From: an uncultured candidate division Zixibacteria bacterium
Lineage (GTDB): Bacteria > Zixibacteria > MSB-5A5 > RBG-16-43-9
DNA: 64,000 bases
Reading direction: 5' to 3'
NCBI GenBank assembly: GCA_963713865.1
Contig: OY970208.1
Location: forward strand, 640,001-704,000
Shown here: positions 1 through 10,523 of the stretch, piece after piece
Position numbering within the stretch: the stretch's first letter is position 1
Layout: the number at the start of each line of letters is the position of its first letter
Translations under genes and position numbers: made by a program
The notes under the pieces: generated by a model
Database searches by the model: none
The model's input: only the letters and a program-made list of their open reading frames with translations
What the model was told of the DNA's origin: nothing

Positions 1-18
1 CCAGACTAGATTCATTTC

Positions 19-939
19 TTATATTCCCCTTAAAATTTCTTGAACTGCCAGCTCAGCCTCAGAAAACAGGAATGTGAACCCTGCTTCCAGCAATCTTATC
101 GGGGCAACTCGCTGCCCGGTTAAAAGCAGTTCTTCAGCCATCTCGCCCATAAGCAGATGTAACATAAAACTTGGAACTTTTAACCAGCAAGGACGTTTTA
201 AAACTTTTCCCAAAATTTTGCAGAAATCTTTTTGCCTGAGATGTTCTGGTGCAGTCAGGTTGAATACACCCTGCAAACCTTCCTTCTCCATCAAGAAACG
301 GATTGCTTTTACTTCATCCTCAAGATGAATCCAGGAAAACCACTGGTTTCCGCTGCCTAATGGTCCACCTGCAAAAAGACGAAACGGGAGTAATAAACGC
401 GGAAAAGCTCCGCCTTCCTTTCCTAATACGATTCCGGTGCGAATGATTATACGACGAACACCTGAAGACTCAACTTCCTCTGAACAAGCTTCCCAGCTTT
501 GAGCTACATCCGGCAAAAATCCTTTCCCGGGCGAGGATGTCTCGTCAACTATATCATCTAAACGTGAACCGTAATACCCTATGGCAGAAGCCTGGATAAC
601 TACATTTGGTTTTTTCTGGACTTGTCTTACCGCTTCAACTACTGCTTTTCCTGCATTTAGTCTGCTTTCAAGTATAGACTGCTTTTTTTCTCTCGTCCAT
701 CTACCTGCACCTATGTTCTCCCCGGTTAAGTTGATAATGGCATAAGCTCCTTCAACCTGAGCAGCCCATCCCTTGGCTGTCTTACCGTCCCATTCGGCTA
801 CAGTAATCCCCTGTCCAAAAACTTCGCTGGCCTTCTTAGCACTTCGAGAAAGAGCTATAACCTCATAGCCAGCCTCAACCAGGTGATTGCTCAAGGCTTT
901 TCCAATAAAACCAGTTGCCCCGGTAATAATTATTTTCAT
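19..939 (-). CDS. TIGR01777 family NAD-dependent epimerase/oxidoreductase (YfcH-like)
   Basis: TGATGFIG Rossmann motif, 'SAIGYYG', 'RTGIVLG', 'WIHLED'. Confidence 0.92.
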   Translation of the reverse strand: MKIIITGATGFIGKALSNHLVEAGYEVIALSRSAKKASEVFGQGITVAEWDGKTAKGWAAQVEGAYAIINLTGENIGAGRWTREKKQSILESRLNAGKAVVEAVRQVQKKPNVVIQASAIGYYGSRLDDIVDETSSPGKGFLPDVAQSWEACSEEVESSGVRRIIIRTGIVLGKEGGAFPRLLLPFRLFAGGPLGSGNQWFSWIHLEDEVKAIRFLMEKEGLQGVFNLTAPEHLRQKDFCKILGKVLKRPCWLKVPSFMLHLLMGEMAEELLLTGQRVAPIRLLEAGFTFLFSEAELAVQEILRGI

Positions 940-967
940 TACTATTAATTACTCTTAGATTTTTCTA

Positions 968-1402
968 TCAAAATTTTGTTATTTCCCAGTTCTCGATCTT
1001 TCCTTCTGTAATCCTGAATAGAGGATGAGATTCAATGTCTCTGATAAACAGTATCTCTTTATATTTACGGGAATTCCTCTTTTTTAATTTATCCCGGAGA
1101 AGGTTAAATTCGTACCTAAGCTGACCTTCCGTCACCTTTATCTTCTTGATTTTCCCTATTTTCCCAATCTTTTCGCAGTTAAAATCATATCCTCTTTTTC
1201 TCGATTCTCTCCATACTTCCATAAGGTAACTTGAAATTGCTATTAAAGGATATGGATGGTCTTTAAATCTCGGAAGCTGAGAATGATTTTTATACCCTTT
1301 CGTTTTTCCTTGCAAAACCTTTTGGGCTAATAAAGATTCTCTCCATAGTGCTAAAATACCAGTTCTATCTAAATACTTAGGATGAATGCTCCACAATCTC
1401 AA
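968..1402 (-). CDS. Pyrimidine dimer DNA glycosylase / T4 endonuclease V-like protein
   Basis: '(M)RLWSIHPKYLD..GILALWRESLLAQKVL.G.TKGY.NH' family signature; likely TTG start at 1402 overlapping the tspO stop. Confidence 0.8.
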   Translation of the reverse strand: MRLWSIHPKYLDRTGILALWRESLLAQKVLQGKTKGYKNHSQLPRFKDHPYPLIAISSYLMEVWRESRKRGYDFNCEKIGKIGKIKKIKVTEGQLRYEFNLLRDKLKKRNSRKYKEILFIRDIESHPLFRITEGKIENWEITKF

Positions 1403-1885
1403 GGGTTGAGTCTCCAAATACTAAAATTCAGAACTGCGGCAAAACTCACCCAGAGGATATAGGGCAAAAGCAAAATACCAGCTATCTTTGAAACTTTGAA
1501 GAAATAAATGATAGTCAGCAGAATGAAGAAACAAAGTAAAATGATTTCGACAAATCCCAGAAAGGGGGATTTGAGTCCGAAAAACAACACCGACCAGATG
1601 GAGTTCAGGATCAACTGGATAATGAAAAACCGGAGAGCCAGATTAACCCGGGGATTTTCTGTTCCTTTTCGCCAGAACCAGATAGGCTGATATACCCATC
1701 AGAAAATAAAGGCTAATCCACACTGGAGCAAAGACCCAGTCAGGAGGGGTAAAAGAAGGTTTGACCAAAGTTGCATACCAGGTCGGTATCGCAGGAGTGG
1801 TGAAAATGGAACCGATAAAACCCGCAAACTGGCAGACGATTATACTTAAAAACAACTTCAGAATCTCTTTTAAATTGATTTTCAC
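1399..1885 (-). pseudogene. tspO: TspO/MBR tryptophan-rich sensory protein, frameshifted near 1676
   Basis: ORF 1643..1885 has 'WY..L.KP..TPP.WVFAPVW'; ORF 1399..1614 has 'LN..WS.LFFG' and 'LLPY..WV.FA..LN'; removing one base joins them (could be a sequencing error). Confidence 0.85.
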
Positions 1886-1965
1886 AATCTAATTCTCCTA
1901 TAAAAATTTATACTTATCTGTTCCGATAAATAGAAAATATATCTTTATTGAGATTTTTGATATAT

Positions 1966-2802
1966 TCACCAGCTTAAATAATATTTAGTTTTTTCTGAAG
2001 TTTTTTCATAATTCTTTTCATTTTGCTTGAAAATATCCTCAACTTTATCATAATCGAATTTTACCCCTACCCTGCTGCATAACTTCAAAAGCTCATTTCT
2101 GATAACTCTGGCTTGTTTTATTGTTTTAACAGGCTCTAAATACGGCTTTTTAATTAGTTTTAGATATTTAGATTCAGGAACTATTTTATTCTCAAGATAG
2201 TAGAAAAGCCATTTAGATGTAAAGGGCTGAAATTTCCTGTTTTTAGCATAAATCCATAAAATCAAACTCTCGGTACCACGAATCAGGGAGTCAGCCAGAT
2301 TTATAATATCCCCTCTTTTTTCCCAGGTTTCAAAATTATATTTTAGATTAAATTCCACTTCCTGCCTATGTTTTTCTAAAAGTGTCCTCTGCTCCCTATG
2401 AGGGAAGATAAGCTTTTCCTTGAATAGATCTTTTATCCTCCCCTTTGTATCAAACAGTACCAGGGCATTCCCAATTTCCCATCTTTGAACTTGAGACCAG
2501 TATCTGGATGGTACTTTATAGTTCAGTGCTTTTTGATACGATTCAACCGGAGTATCCAATTCAATATCTTTGTATCTTAAATAACCTACAGCAATATACT
2601 TTTTTATCTCTTTAACTTTTTCTTCTTCAGCATAAACTATCAAGTCTAAATCAGAATAATCATCACAGTAACCTCGTCCTATTCCTCCAGTTGCTGCTAT
2701 TCCCACGACTCCTTCGATTTTTGAAATTTTCCTGGAGATTATTTTAGCGGCTGATAAAAACTCCCTATATCGATTTTTACCTTTATAGATAACTTTGTTC
2801 AT
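1966..2802 (-). CDS. Nucleotidyltransferase domain protein
   Basis: 'GGIGRG..D.YSDLDL' Pol-beta-type motif. Confidence 0.75.
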   Translation of the reverse strand: MNKVIYKGKNRYREFLSAAKIISRKISKIEGVVGIAATGGIGRGYCDDYSDLDLIVYAEEEKVKEIKKYIAVGYLRYKDIELDTPVESYQKALNYKVPSRYWSQVQRWEIGNALVLFDTKGRIKDLFKEKLIFPHREQRTLLEKHRQEVEFNLKYNFETWEKRGDIINLADSLIRGTESLILWIYAKNRKFQPFTSKWLFYYLENKIVPESKYLKLIKKPYLEPVKTIKQARVIRNELLKLCSRVGVKFDYDKVEDIFKQNEKNYEKTSEKTKYYLSW

Positions 2803-2822
2803 AAATTACTTTGAAATATTTA

Positions 2823-3243
2823 TGGAGTGCCTTGACCATCTCAATATTGGGATAAGGATTGTACCCCTGTCACTTTTTACCTGACCGAAGCTCCAGTTAT
2901 CCACCTTTATTGCTATAATCTAAATTATCCTGAACTCATATTCCTCCGGGCGCACTGGAGTGTAAACCTTCAGGTTTACCCTGCTATATGTTCTGAATGT
3001 AGCTGCCCAATTCATTAGACATTTGAATTTCGGTAGGTCAAACATTCCTGTGGCTACGAGCCCGCCCGCCCGTAGGGCGCCAGGCTTTGCTCTCTGACCT
3101 TGGTGAACAGACAGAGATGTCTGTTCTACCGTTTTTTCTCTGGAGTGCATTAACCGTGTTAATGCTGGGATAGGGGTTGTACCTCTATCCCTCTCATTCA
3201 CCATTTTTCCCCTACCCGGGCAAAACTAAAGTTTTGCACTCCA
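2823..3243. repeat. Cluster of REP-like palindromes (GGAGTG...CACTCC family)
   Basis: ggagtgtaaacc/ggtttac and ggcaaaactaaagttttgcactcc; related copies at 10440-10508, 51771-51824, 59031-59130, 63186-63288. Confidence 0.7.
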
Positions 3244-3807
3244 TAATTTTCTTCCCAGATCAAAAGCCTCCTGCATTATCTTTTTATTTTCTTTCACCTT
3301 CCCTTTTTCAAAGTAATTATGTGCATACAAAATCTTATCAACATATTTTACATTCGCCCATTTAAAGAAACCCAAGAGAGTTATCAGGGCATAATCGAAC
3401 CTCTGCTTCTCGCTGGCAACCAAGATTATTATACCCTTTCTTTTCTTTTTTAATCTTGATTTGAAAATATATTTATTGTTTTTCTTCACCATCGGAGTCA
3501 AACAATTGCATCTATCTAAAAATAGCTTCGTCTGCGCAGAGACCGTGTCAAAATATACTGGTGAGCCTAAAACTAAAACATCTGAGCCTTTTAGTTTAGC
3601 ATAGACTTCTTCCATATCATCTTTGATAAAGCAGAATCTCGGCTCCGGGTTCTTGCCACAGGACTTGCAGGGGGAAATATCTAATTTATCTAAATACAAA
3701 CTCTCGGTTTTAGCCCCTTTACTTTGTGCTCCATCTAAAACCTGTTTAATTAATAAATCCACATTCCCGTTTTTAATCGGGCTGCCTGTGATTCCCAAGA
3801 CTTTCAT
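3226..3807 (-). CDS. Flavodoxin family / iron-sulfur flavoprotein (NADPH-dependent FMN reductase)
   Basis: 'MKVLGITGSP', CxxC..C, 'GSPVYF'; start placed at 3807 because the upstream extension is a REP palindrome. Confidence 0.85.
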   Translation of the reverse strand: MKVLGITGSPIKNGNVDLLIKQVLDGAQSKGAKTESLYLDKLDISPCKSCGKNPEPRFCFIKDDMEEVYAKLKGSDVLVLGSPVYFDTVSAQTKLFLDRCNCLTPMVKKNNKYIFKSRLKKKRKGIIILVASEKQRFDYALITLLGFFKWANVKYVDKILYAHNYFEKGKVKENKKIMQEAFDLGRKLWSAKL

Positions 3808-3885
3808 ATTTTCTTTTTGTAAAAATGTAGAGACGCATTGCCATGCGTCTCTACACACTTTTCCCTCAAACCTATCTCCTGATAC

Positions 3886-3990
3886 CTACTTCGAGATCTT
3901 TTTCATCGGAGCCCCGCAGCATTTCCCTGCTTTGCTGGAGGTATAACCACACTTTGGACACTTGTAGCTTGCTTTCTTTTTGGCTGGCAT
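3886..3990 (-). CDS. Small 34-aa Cys-rich protein MPAKKKASYKCPKCGYTSSKAGKCCGAPMKKISK (putative metal-binding)
   Basis: Hand-translated; strong SD AAAGGAGGTGA just upstream; CxxC...CC. Confidence 0.7.
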   Translation of the reverse strand: MPAKKKASYKCPKCGYTSSKAGKCCGAPMKKISK

Positions 3991-4086
3991 CTTTTTCACC
4001 TCCTTTGATGCAGGACTGGGAGTCCTGCCTTAGTAAACTCCTAAATTTTATTCATTGCCACGGGAGTGGCAACGCTATACTTACTT

Positions 4087-4200
4087 TCCCTCCCTTGAGG
4101 GGAGGAATAAAGGGAGGGTGAAGCAATTCTTATTTACCCCTCTCCTTAATCCTCTCCTCTACGAGCCGTAATGCTTTTATCGGCCACAAGGGGAGAGGAA
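4087..4200. repeat. REP-like element (CCCTCTCCC...GGGAGAGG family) carrying a 27-bp insert
   Basis: Related copies at 13373-13520, 15430-15561, 48802-48925. Confidence 0.75.
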
Positions 4201-4267
4201 CTTCGAAAGAACAACAGAATCTAATTTTTATAGCTTAGCAAAATCTTTTATTTTTCAAAGATCTTTC

Positions 4268-5005
4268 TTAAATTTTTTGAGAAAGAACAATCGTCCTGGG
4301 AGAATTGACTGTATAAGGGGATTTATCCTTTCTCCCATAGGTTTCTATAATTTTTAATCCGACTTTTTCTAAAAGATAGTTCACTTCCTCAAGGGTATAG
4401 AGCCGGACTTCAAACCAGCTTGACTTCTCACCCTTTTTGTCCAGAATAGTTATGTAATTTTTTATCCGCCCGGTCTTTAAATCCCAGCTCCTCTCTTCTA
4501 AAACTAAGGTCCCATCCTCTAATCTCTCCCAGTCTTTTGCCTGAAAATTTTTAACCATGATGTCCCGGTTCATAATCTCCAGAAGAAATTTACCCTCCTT
4601 TTTCAAGGCTCTGGATACTCCTCTTAATACCTCGAAATTCTCTTCGTCTGAGAAAAATCCAAAGCTGGTAAAATAGGAAATTACTCCGGTAAAATGGTTT
4701 TCAAAGGGGATTTTCCTCATATCCCCGACTAAAAACTCAATCTGCAGATTTTCCTTTTGCGCCTTTTCTTCCGCCATCCGGATGAACTTCTCAGTATAAT
4801 CCAGGCCGGTCATATCATAACCTTTTTTGGCTAAAGGGATAGTATGCCTTCCAAAACCGCAAGCCAAGTCTAAAATCTTGCTTCCGAGGGGTAGATTTAA
4901 AACCTCTGTTATGAAATCGACCTCTGCTTTAGTCCTCTCCTCAGTTAGAAAAGGCAAATATACCTGCAAGTAATCCTCTTTAAAAAACTCATCATACCAG
5001 GACAT
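4268..5005 (-). CDS. Class I SAM-dependent methyltransferase
   Basis: 'ILDLACGFGRH', 'GDMR', 'FTSFGFF'. Confidence 0.9.
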   Translation of the reverse strand: MSWYDEFFKEDYLQVYLPFLTEERTKAEVDFITEVLNLPLGSKILDLACGFGRHTIPLAKKGYDMTGLDYTEKFIRMAEEKAQKENLQIEFLVGDMRKIPFENHFTGVISYFTSFGFFSDEENFEVLRGVSRALKKEGKFLLEIMNRDIMVKNFQAKDWERLEDGTLVLEERSWDLKTGRIKNYITILDKKGEKSSWFEVRLYTLEEVNYLLEKVGLKIIETYGRKDKSPYTVNSPRTIVLSQKI

Positions 5006-5073
5006 AATTTTTTGCTCAATCCGTTAAACCGTTTTAGTGCCTGCCAGGTCCCCTGACCTAGCGGGAGAAATTT

Positions 5074-5574
5074 TTAATTTGTCAACCCTATCTCCACCTT
5101 TTCAGATTTTAAAGGCGGAATCGTATTCAAAACCCCTTCAATGTAATATCTCCCGCCTAAAACCCATTTTCTCTGGTTATCTTTAGCATCCCATTCGGCT
5201 TTGAAAGTCCAGACCTCTTCAGGATAGATGGAAAGCTTAATTGCAGTTTTATCGAATATTTTATCATAAGACCATTTCCAGACCTCAAACCCCTTTTTAT
5301 AAATTACAAAATCGAAAAGCTGATTTGTGGTAAAATTTAATTTCACCACATCCTCTGAGATATTTTCTATCTCTAATTTTAAATCCACCGGACCACCTAA
5401 GGGGTAACCCCTATCCTGAGTCAAAACCCGAACCTTTATCTTTTTGAAAAAACTCTCCTCTGGAGGGTTAGGTTCCTCTGGGTGATAAAGTGGAGCACAT
5501 CCAGAGAATAACAGTAAAAATAATAAAATACAAATCCTATAACCTTTGAGCAACCTCTCCTCCTGTATTTTCAA
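5074..5574 (-). CDS. Lipoprotein with BsuPI-like (proteinase inhibitor) Ig domain
   Basis: Lipobox 'FSGC'; 'L.F...Q.FDF.I....EVW.WS..K.F'. Confidence 0.65.
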   Translation of the reverse strand: MKIQEERLLKGYRICILLFLLLFSGCAPLYHPEEPNPPEESFFKKIKVRVLTQDRGYPLGGPVDLKLEIENISEDVVKLNFTTNQLFDFVIYKKGFEVWKWSYDKIFDKTAIKLSIYPEEVWTFKAEWDAKDNQRKWVLGGRYYIEGVLNTIPPLKSEKVEIGLTN

Positions 5575-7666
5575 AATACTCCAAATCCTTTTTCCGGCTT
5601 TTGGAAATTACCATCTCCAAGATAAGTAAACTCAGGGCCAGCCACAAGAAATTTTTTCTCAACTCTTTACCATATCTGGTTTTCAAAACCTCTTTTTCTA
5701 AATCCTGATCAGGCTCTATAAAAAATATGTTATCCTTCTCTTTAATCTCCTTTCTTAGTTCTGTCTCTTTTAAAGGCTCTAAATCTGAATCTTTGGGGTC
5801 AAGATTTACTGCCAACTGGTCTAAAAGATTATCTCCGGATTGAAGTTTATAGATGCCTGGTGTCCCTAAACCGTCTAATTTCAAAATAAGTTTATCTTTG
5901 TTCTGCTCAGGATTTAAAGCAACCTTAAGGTTTTCCGGGTCTAATAGCTCTATCTTCTCTGCTTTTTTTAAATCATACTCCTTTCTGATTTTCTCCCTGA
6001 CTGAATACTGTTCTGAGGTAAAAAGACTGGAGGCAAGATACTCAACTGAGCGGCGGATTAAAGGGACAAAAAGGGTGTGCTCCCCGAAATCCGAGAATTC
6101 GGGGTCATAGGAACTTAAAAAAGCTAAGACCTTTCCTGAACCAGAAATATTCTCTACCAAGGCTGAGGCTCCATTGCTGAAACTTGCCAGTATTTTGATC
6201 TTCTTTCCGGGAGTTATCTCATTTATGGAGAAAAACTTTATCTGTGGGAATTTGGTTTTATCCAGACTCTTATAAGATTGAAACACAGGATGAAGCAGGT
6301 CTATTTTTCCCAGGGTTAAAAACCCTTCCCCTTTCCCTGAAACCTCTTTTCTCCCCTTATAAGTTGAATTGAGATACTTCTGGCAGATTTGCGAATGTAT
6401 CTCCTTTTCTCCATCTCCCAGGAAAAAGAAAACCCCTCCACCTGAATTAATAAATTCATCTAATCTCGATAGATCCTCTGATTTTAACCCATTGTAATCA
6501 GAGAAGATTATCGCCTTATAATTTATAAGGTTTGACCTGGAGAAAGATTTGGGATCAAGCCGGGTAACTTCAATCCCTCTGCTCTCTTCAGTCTTCGGAT
6601 TCAGGGCTAATCTTAGATATTTTTCTTTTTCGCTTTTACTTTCCACTAAAAGGACTTCAATTTTTTCCGGGAGGTTGAAGGTAAAAAATCTTTTGTTGTC
6701 TGCTAAAAGATTATCATCGGAGAGCTCCAGATAGCCTGAATGAACTCCTGACTCCTTAACCACCTGCCTGAAACTGATTTCTTTCTCCTCTCTTTCTTTT
6801 AAATCCACACCTGCCTGGCTTACCCTTTTTCCATCCAAATACAGGCTCAGAAGCAAGTTTTGAGCCGGCTTCTGGCTGTAATTTGTAACCACCCCTTTTA
6901 TCTCAAAAGGTGTTTCCTTCTCCAAAATCCTTTCTGGAAGCTCAGCTTTTTTTATACACCAGTTTTCCTTCTCTTCCTCTGACAATCTGATTATAAAAAG
7001 TTTAATCCCTTTATCTTTAAACGCAGGACTCCATTTTTTCAGAGGGTAAATCTCATCTGACTCTAAATCTGTAATTAAATATATCTCCCGGTTCTCATTT
7101 TTAGCTTGGTTCAGGAGGTCAAATCCCGAGTTTAAAGCTTTGTCAAAATCTGCCGGCTCAAAGGAAAGTCCCGTTTCCCTGATGCCTTTGACTAATAGAG
7201 AAGAGTCAAACGTAGGATGTGACAAATAAAGCGTCGGCTTTGAACTGTAAGTAATCAAATACAGCTCATCCCCCTCTCTAAAAATTTTTAAAATCTCCTC
7301 ACCTTTTTTCAAGGCTAAACTTAAAAGATTCCCCTTCTTGGTCTCATATCCCATCCGATAGGAGTTATCCATCAACAAAAGGATTGTGCTTTTAGATTCA
7401 GCTCCCAATCTGGAGGCAGGCCCGGTCCTGGAGCTTGGTCGGGCAAAAGCCAAAACCACAAAAAAGATTATCGAGGAGCGAATCAAGAGGAGAAGAAGAT
7501 TTTTAATTTTTATCGCCCGTAGGGTGCTTTTTTCTAACGATTTCAAAAATATCAAAGAAGAGAATTCGATCTTTTTGACCCTCTGTCTGCTGAAAAGATG
7601 GATTAAAACTGGCAGGGCGATAGCTAAAAGAGCCCAGAGTAAGGTGGGATTAAGAAAGCTAAACAT
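5537..7666 (-). CDS. BatA (aerotolerance) N-terminal / vWA domain protein
   Basis: 'FLNP.LLW....P.LIHL', 'FSSL.FL', vWA-like 'LMDNS..M', 'ITD'. Confidence 0.85.
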   Translation of the reverse strand: MFSFLNPTLLWALLAIALPVLIHLFSRQRVKKIEFSSLIFLKSLEKSTLRAIKIKNLLLLLIRSSIIFFVVLAFARPSSRTGPASRLGAESKSTILLLMDNSYRMGYETKKGNLLSLALKKGEEILKIFREGDELYLITYSSKPTLYLSHPTFDSSLLVKGIRETGLSFEPADFDKALNSGFDLLNQAKNENREIYLITDLESDEIYPLKKWSPAFKDKGIKLFIIRLSEEEKENWCIKKAELPERILEKETPFEIKGVVTNYSQKPAQNLLLSLYLDGKRVSQAGVDLKEREEKEISFRQVVKESGVHSGYLELSDDNLLADNKRFFTFNLPEKIEVLLVESKSEKEKYLRLALNPKTEESRGIEVTRLDPKSFSRSNLINYKAIIFSDYNGLKSEDLSRLDEFINSGGGVFFFLGDGEKEIHSQICQKYLNSTYKGRKEVSGKGEGFLTLGKIDLLHPVFQSYKSLDKTKFPQIKFFSINEITPGKKIKILASFSNGASALVENISGSGKVLAFLSSYDPEFSDFGEHTLFVPLIRRSVEYLASSLFTSEQYSVREKIRKEYDLKKAEKIELLDPENLKVALNPEQNKDKLILKLDGLGTPGIYKLQSGDNLLDQLAVNLDPKDSDLEPLKETELRKEIKEKDNIFFIEPDQDLEKEVLKTRYGKELRKNFLWLALSLLILEMVISKSRKKDLEYFENTGGEVAQRL

Positions 7667-7668
7667 TA

Positions 7669-9579
7669 TTATTCTGCCTGCTTAATTTTTTCTAAAGCTA
7701 AAGCTCTCTCTTTGAAACCGGATGGGATATTTAAAACCTGCTGGTAATAATCTTTTGCCAACTTTTTGTCCCCCTTTAATTCATAAGCCTCTCCTAACTT
7801 GAGGAAGATCCTGCCTAAATAAGCGGGCCTATCTTCCAGGAACTCAGCGGTCTTAAGGGGAACAAAGCTTGAGTCTATTTCTCCTAAAGATATATAAGCT
7901 TCTCCGATCTTCAGATAAGGATAAGCATAGGCAGTCCCTTTGGTAGATAGATAATAGTTGGAAAACTGTAAAATTGAGTCTAAAGATGCTTGGGCTTTTA
8001 TGGTGTCTTTTTCCAGAGAATAGACTTTACTCAGGCCAGAATATATTTCCACCCAGTCCAGGATTGCTGGATTTAACTTCTTTGCCTTTTCAAAACTTTC
8101 CTTGGCTTTATTCAAATCCCCTTCATCTAAATAGAGCTCCCCTGATTTGATCTGGGGAGAAGAGTAGTTAGTATCCAGGTTTATAGCTTTCTGGTATTCT
8201 GCCCTAGCTGAGTCTTTTTCCCCCTGCAGGTAAAAGAGATTACCCCGGATGAAATGGTTCCCTGCATTCAGCGAATCGATTATAGACATCTGCTTATAAA
8301 TCTTTTCTGCTTCTTTATAATCTCCCACAGAAGAGTAAGCTCCTCCGATCTTATCTAAGACCCTGAGTATTTCTTCTCTTTTTAAAGAAGAGCCATAGAA
8401 ATTTAAAAGGTCTTCTAATAGATTTGCCCCTTCAGCATAATATCTGTAATTCAGTCTTCTATCTGCGGCTACTTCTAACTCATCCATATTATTTGGCTCA
8501 TATCGATCTAAAAAAGATAGCCACTCCTTTTCCATCTGAGAGAGGGTTTTAGAATAAATCTCCTCAAAAGTTTTATCAAAACTAAGATCCGTTACCTGAG
8601 AGTAGAACCTTTTAAAGTTATCCATATTATAGGAATCGATCAAGAATCTGATAAAGGAGGATGCTTCGGGTAAAGCAATATTCAACGGAGCTTTTCTATA
8701 ATCTGAGCTTATTATGAGGTCAGATAAGGGTATAATCGAGCCGCTATCTTTAAGCTTTTTAGCGTAATAATGACTTATCCCGAAATAGCCTGAGGTACCT
8801 TCAACTACCAATGCAGGGGCATACCCCCAGAACTCATACAGAAGTAAAAGCAGAGGTCCGGGGAAATCTACGCTTTCTTTTTCCTTATCAAACAGCACGT
8901 AGATTTTATGTTTGTTTGGATCCAAGCTTAAGTTCAGCCTTTGATCCCAGATCGCCTCTGGAATCTGACACGGGCAGATGAAGTAGTCGATTTTCAGGGT
9001 CTGGGGGTAGGAGAACTTGAAGAAATTCCTTATCTTCCTGTAATCTAATTCTAAATAGTTTTTATTCATATTCCAGAAAAAATCTGCCAGGGAGTTTTCC
9101 ATATATGTAAAAGCGAAGTGCACACTCTTGTTATAAAGCCATAAGCTATCAGTTAAATGGTAATCGCACAAATCCTCTTTCTCTACATATCTTTTGGGAG
9201 TAAGCTCCAGACTGAATACTCGCCCCTTTTTCAATTTGATATCTTTTATCGAATAGGTGTGACCCATCCCTATAAGAAAATCTTTGAAAATCCTCTCCAC
9301 CTCCGGGGCTAAGGTGAACAGGTTCAGATTCAATTTCAGACTCGTACTGTCAACTTCCTGAAAGCTTAAATTCAGGCTGAAATTCCCCATAAAAAGGGTA
9401 GAGGTAATCCCTTCCTTAACCTCTATCTCCCTTTCATCTACGGTCTTAAAAGAAAGGGAATCCCCTGTAACCCCCTCTTTTAAATCCAGACCTATTTGAA
9501 GATAAGTCGAAGCCAGAACATTGGACCAGCCCAGAATTAAAATAAAAAAAAGTGAAAAGAGTATGTTTTTGATTTTCAT
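7669..9579 (-). CDS. Secreted TPR-repeat protein
   Basis: Signal peptide; C-terminal TPR-like repeats. Confidence 0.7.
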   Translation of the reverse strand: MKIKNILFSLFFILILGWSNVLASTYLQIGLDLKEGVTGDSLSFKTVDEREIEVKEGITSTLFMGNFSLNLSFQEVDSTSLKLNLNLFTLAPEVERIFKDFLIGMGHTYSIKDIKLKKGRVFSLELTPKRYVEKEDLCDYHLTDSLWLYNKSVHFAFTYMENSLADFFWNMNKNYLELDYRKIRNFFKFSYPQTLKIDYFICPCQIPEAIWDQRLNLSLDPNKHKIYVLFDKEKESVDFPGPLLLLLYEFWGYAPALVVEGTSGYFGISHYYAKKLKDSGSIIPLSDLIISSDYRKAPLNIALPEASSFIRFLIDSYNMDNFKRFYSQVTDLSFDKTFEEIYSKTLSQMEKEWLSFLDRYEPNNMDELEVAADRRLNYRYYAEGANLLEDLLNFYGSSLKREEILRVLDKIGGAYSSVGDYKEAEKIYKQMSIIDSLNAGNHFIRGNLFYLQGEKDSARAEYQKAINLDTNYSSPQIKSGELYLDEGDLNKAKESFEKAKKLNPAILDWVEIYSGLSKVYSLEKDTIKAQASLDSILQFSNYYLSTKGTAYAYPYLKIGEAYISLGEIDSSFVPLKTAEFLEDRPAYLGRIFLKLGEAYELKGDKKLAKDYYQQVLNIPSGFKERALALEKIKQAE

Positions 9580-9583
9580 AATT

Positions 9584-10423
9584 TTATCCTTTATATAAAT
9601 TTCTTAAGGTAGCTAAGTTTTTCTCATCCATATCTTCTTCTTTGGGGGTCTCCAATATTTTGGGAACCATTTCAAACCTTCTATCATTTAAGATTAGTTT
9701 GAAAGCTTCCAATCCTATAAACCCCTTACCGATATGTTCGTGTCTATCAACCCTGGACCCTAAATCTTTTTTGGAATCATTCATATGGATTACTTTCAAT
9801 CTATTTAAGTTTATGATTTTATTGAATAATTTGAAAGTTTTCTCATAAACTTTTTTATCTCTTATATCGTAACCCGCCTCAAAGGTATGAGCAGTATCAT
9901 AACAGACTCCTAATCTCTCATCCTCTTGAGTTAAATCTATGATCTGAGCTATTTGCTCGAATTTATACCCAATAGTGCTTCCTTGTCCAGCAGTAGTCTC
10001 AAGGCAGATTTTAGTTTTATAGTTTTTGCTTTTTGAATGAACCCAGCTTAAAGAGTCTGCAATCCTTTTAATCCCATCTTTTTCATCCGGATTTGAGCCG
10101 GGATGCATAACTAAATAGGAAAGCCCGATCTTTTCTGAGCGGGTTAATTCCAGGAGTAAAGCTTCTCTGGATTTTCGCAGAAGCTCTTTATCACCTGAGG
10201 CAATATTTATAAGATAAGAATCATGCCCGACTACAGGAACAATCCCTGTCTCCTTCTGAGCCTGCTTGAACTTCTCAATATCTTCTAAAGTAAGCTCTTT
10301 TGCCTTCCACTGATTAGCGCTTTTGGTGAAAATCTGAATTGTTGCACACCCAAGTTCTTTCGCTGAGTAGAGAGAGTTAAAAAAGCCACCTCCGATAGAC
10401 ATATGCGCACCGATTAAAAGCAT
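9584..10423 (-). CDS. nfo: Endonuclease IV
   Basis: 'GAHMS', 'HDSYLINIA', 'LETTAGQG', 'DTAH', 'HMNDSK', 'DRHEHIG', 'ILETP'. Confidence 0.97.
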   Translation of the reverse strand: MLLIGAHMSIGGGFFNSLYSAKELGCATIQIFTKSANQWKAKELTLEDIEKFKQAQKETGIVPVVGHDSYLINIASGDKELLRKSREALLLELTRSEKIGLSYLVMHPGSNPDEKDGIKRIADSLSWVHSKSKNYKTKICLETTAGQGSTIGYKFEQIAQIIDLTQEDERLGVCYDTAHTFEAGYDIRDKKVYEKTFKLFNKIINLNRLKVIHMNDSKKDLGSRVDRHEHIGKGFIGLEAFKLILNDRRFEMVPKILETPKEEDMDEKNLATLRNLYKG

Positions 10424-10523
10424 AAATTCCCCGTTTTTCTGGAGTGTAAAGCCTCAAGGTCTTGAGATTTCAGCTTTACCTTTGGCAAAACTAAAGTTTT
10501 ACAATCCAATTTTCTTAAACCTC

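Noticed and set aside
2920-3204. 94-aa ORF
   Set aside because: Runs through stacked REP palindromes with no recognisable motif.
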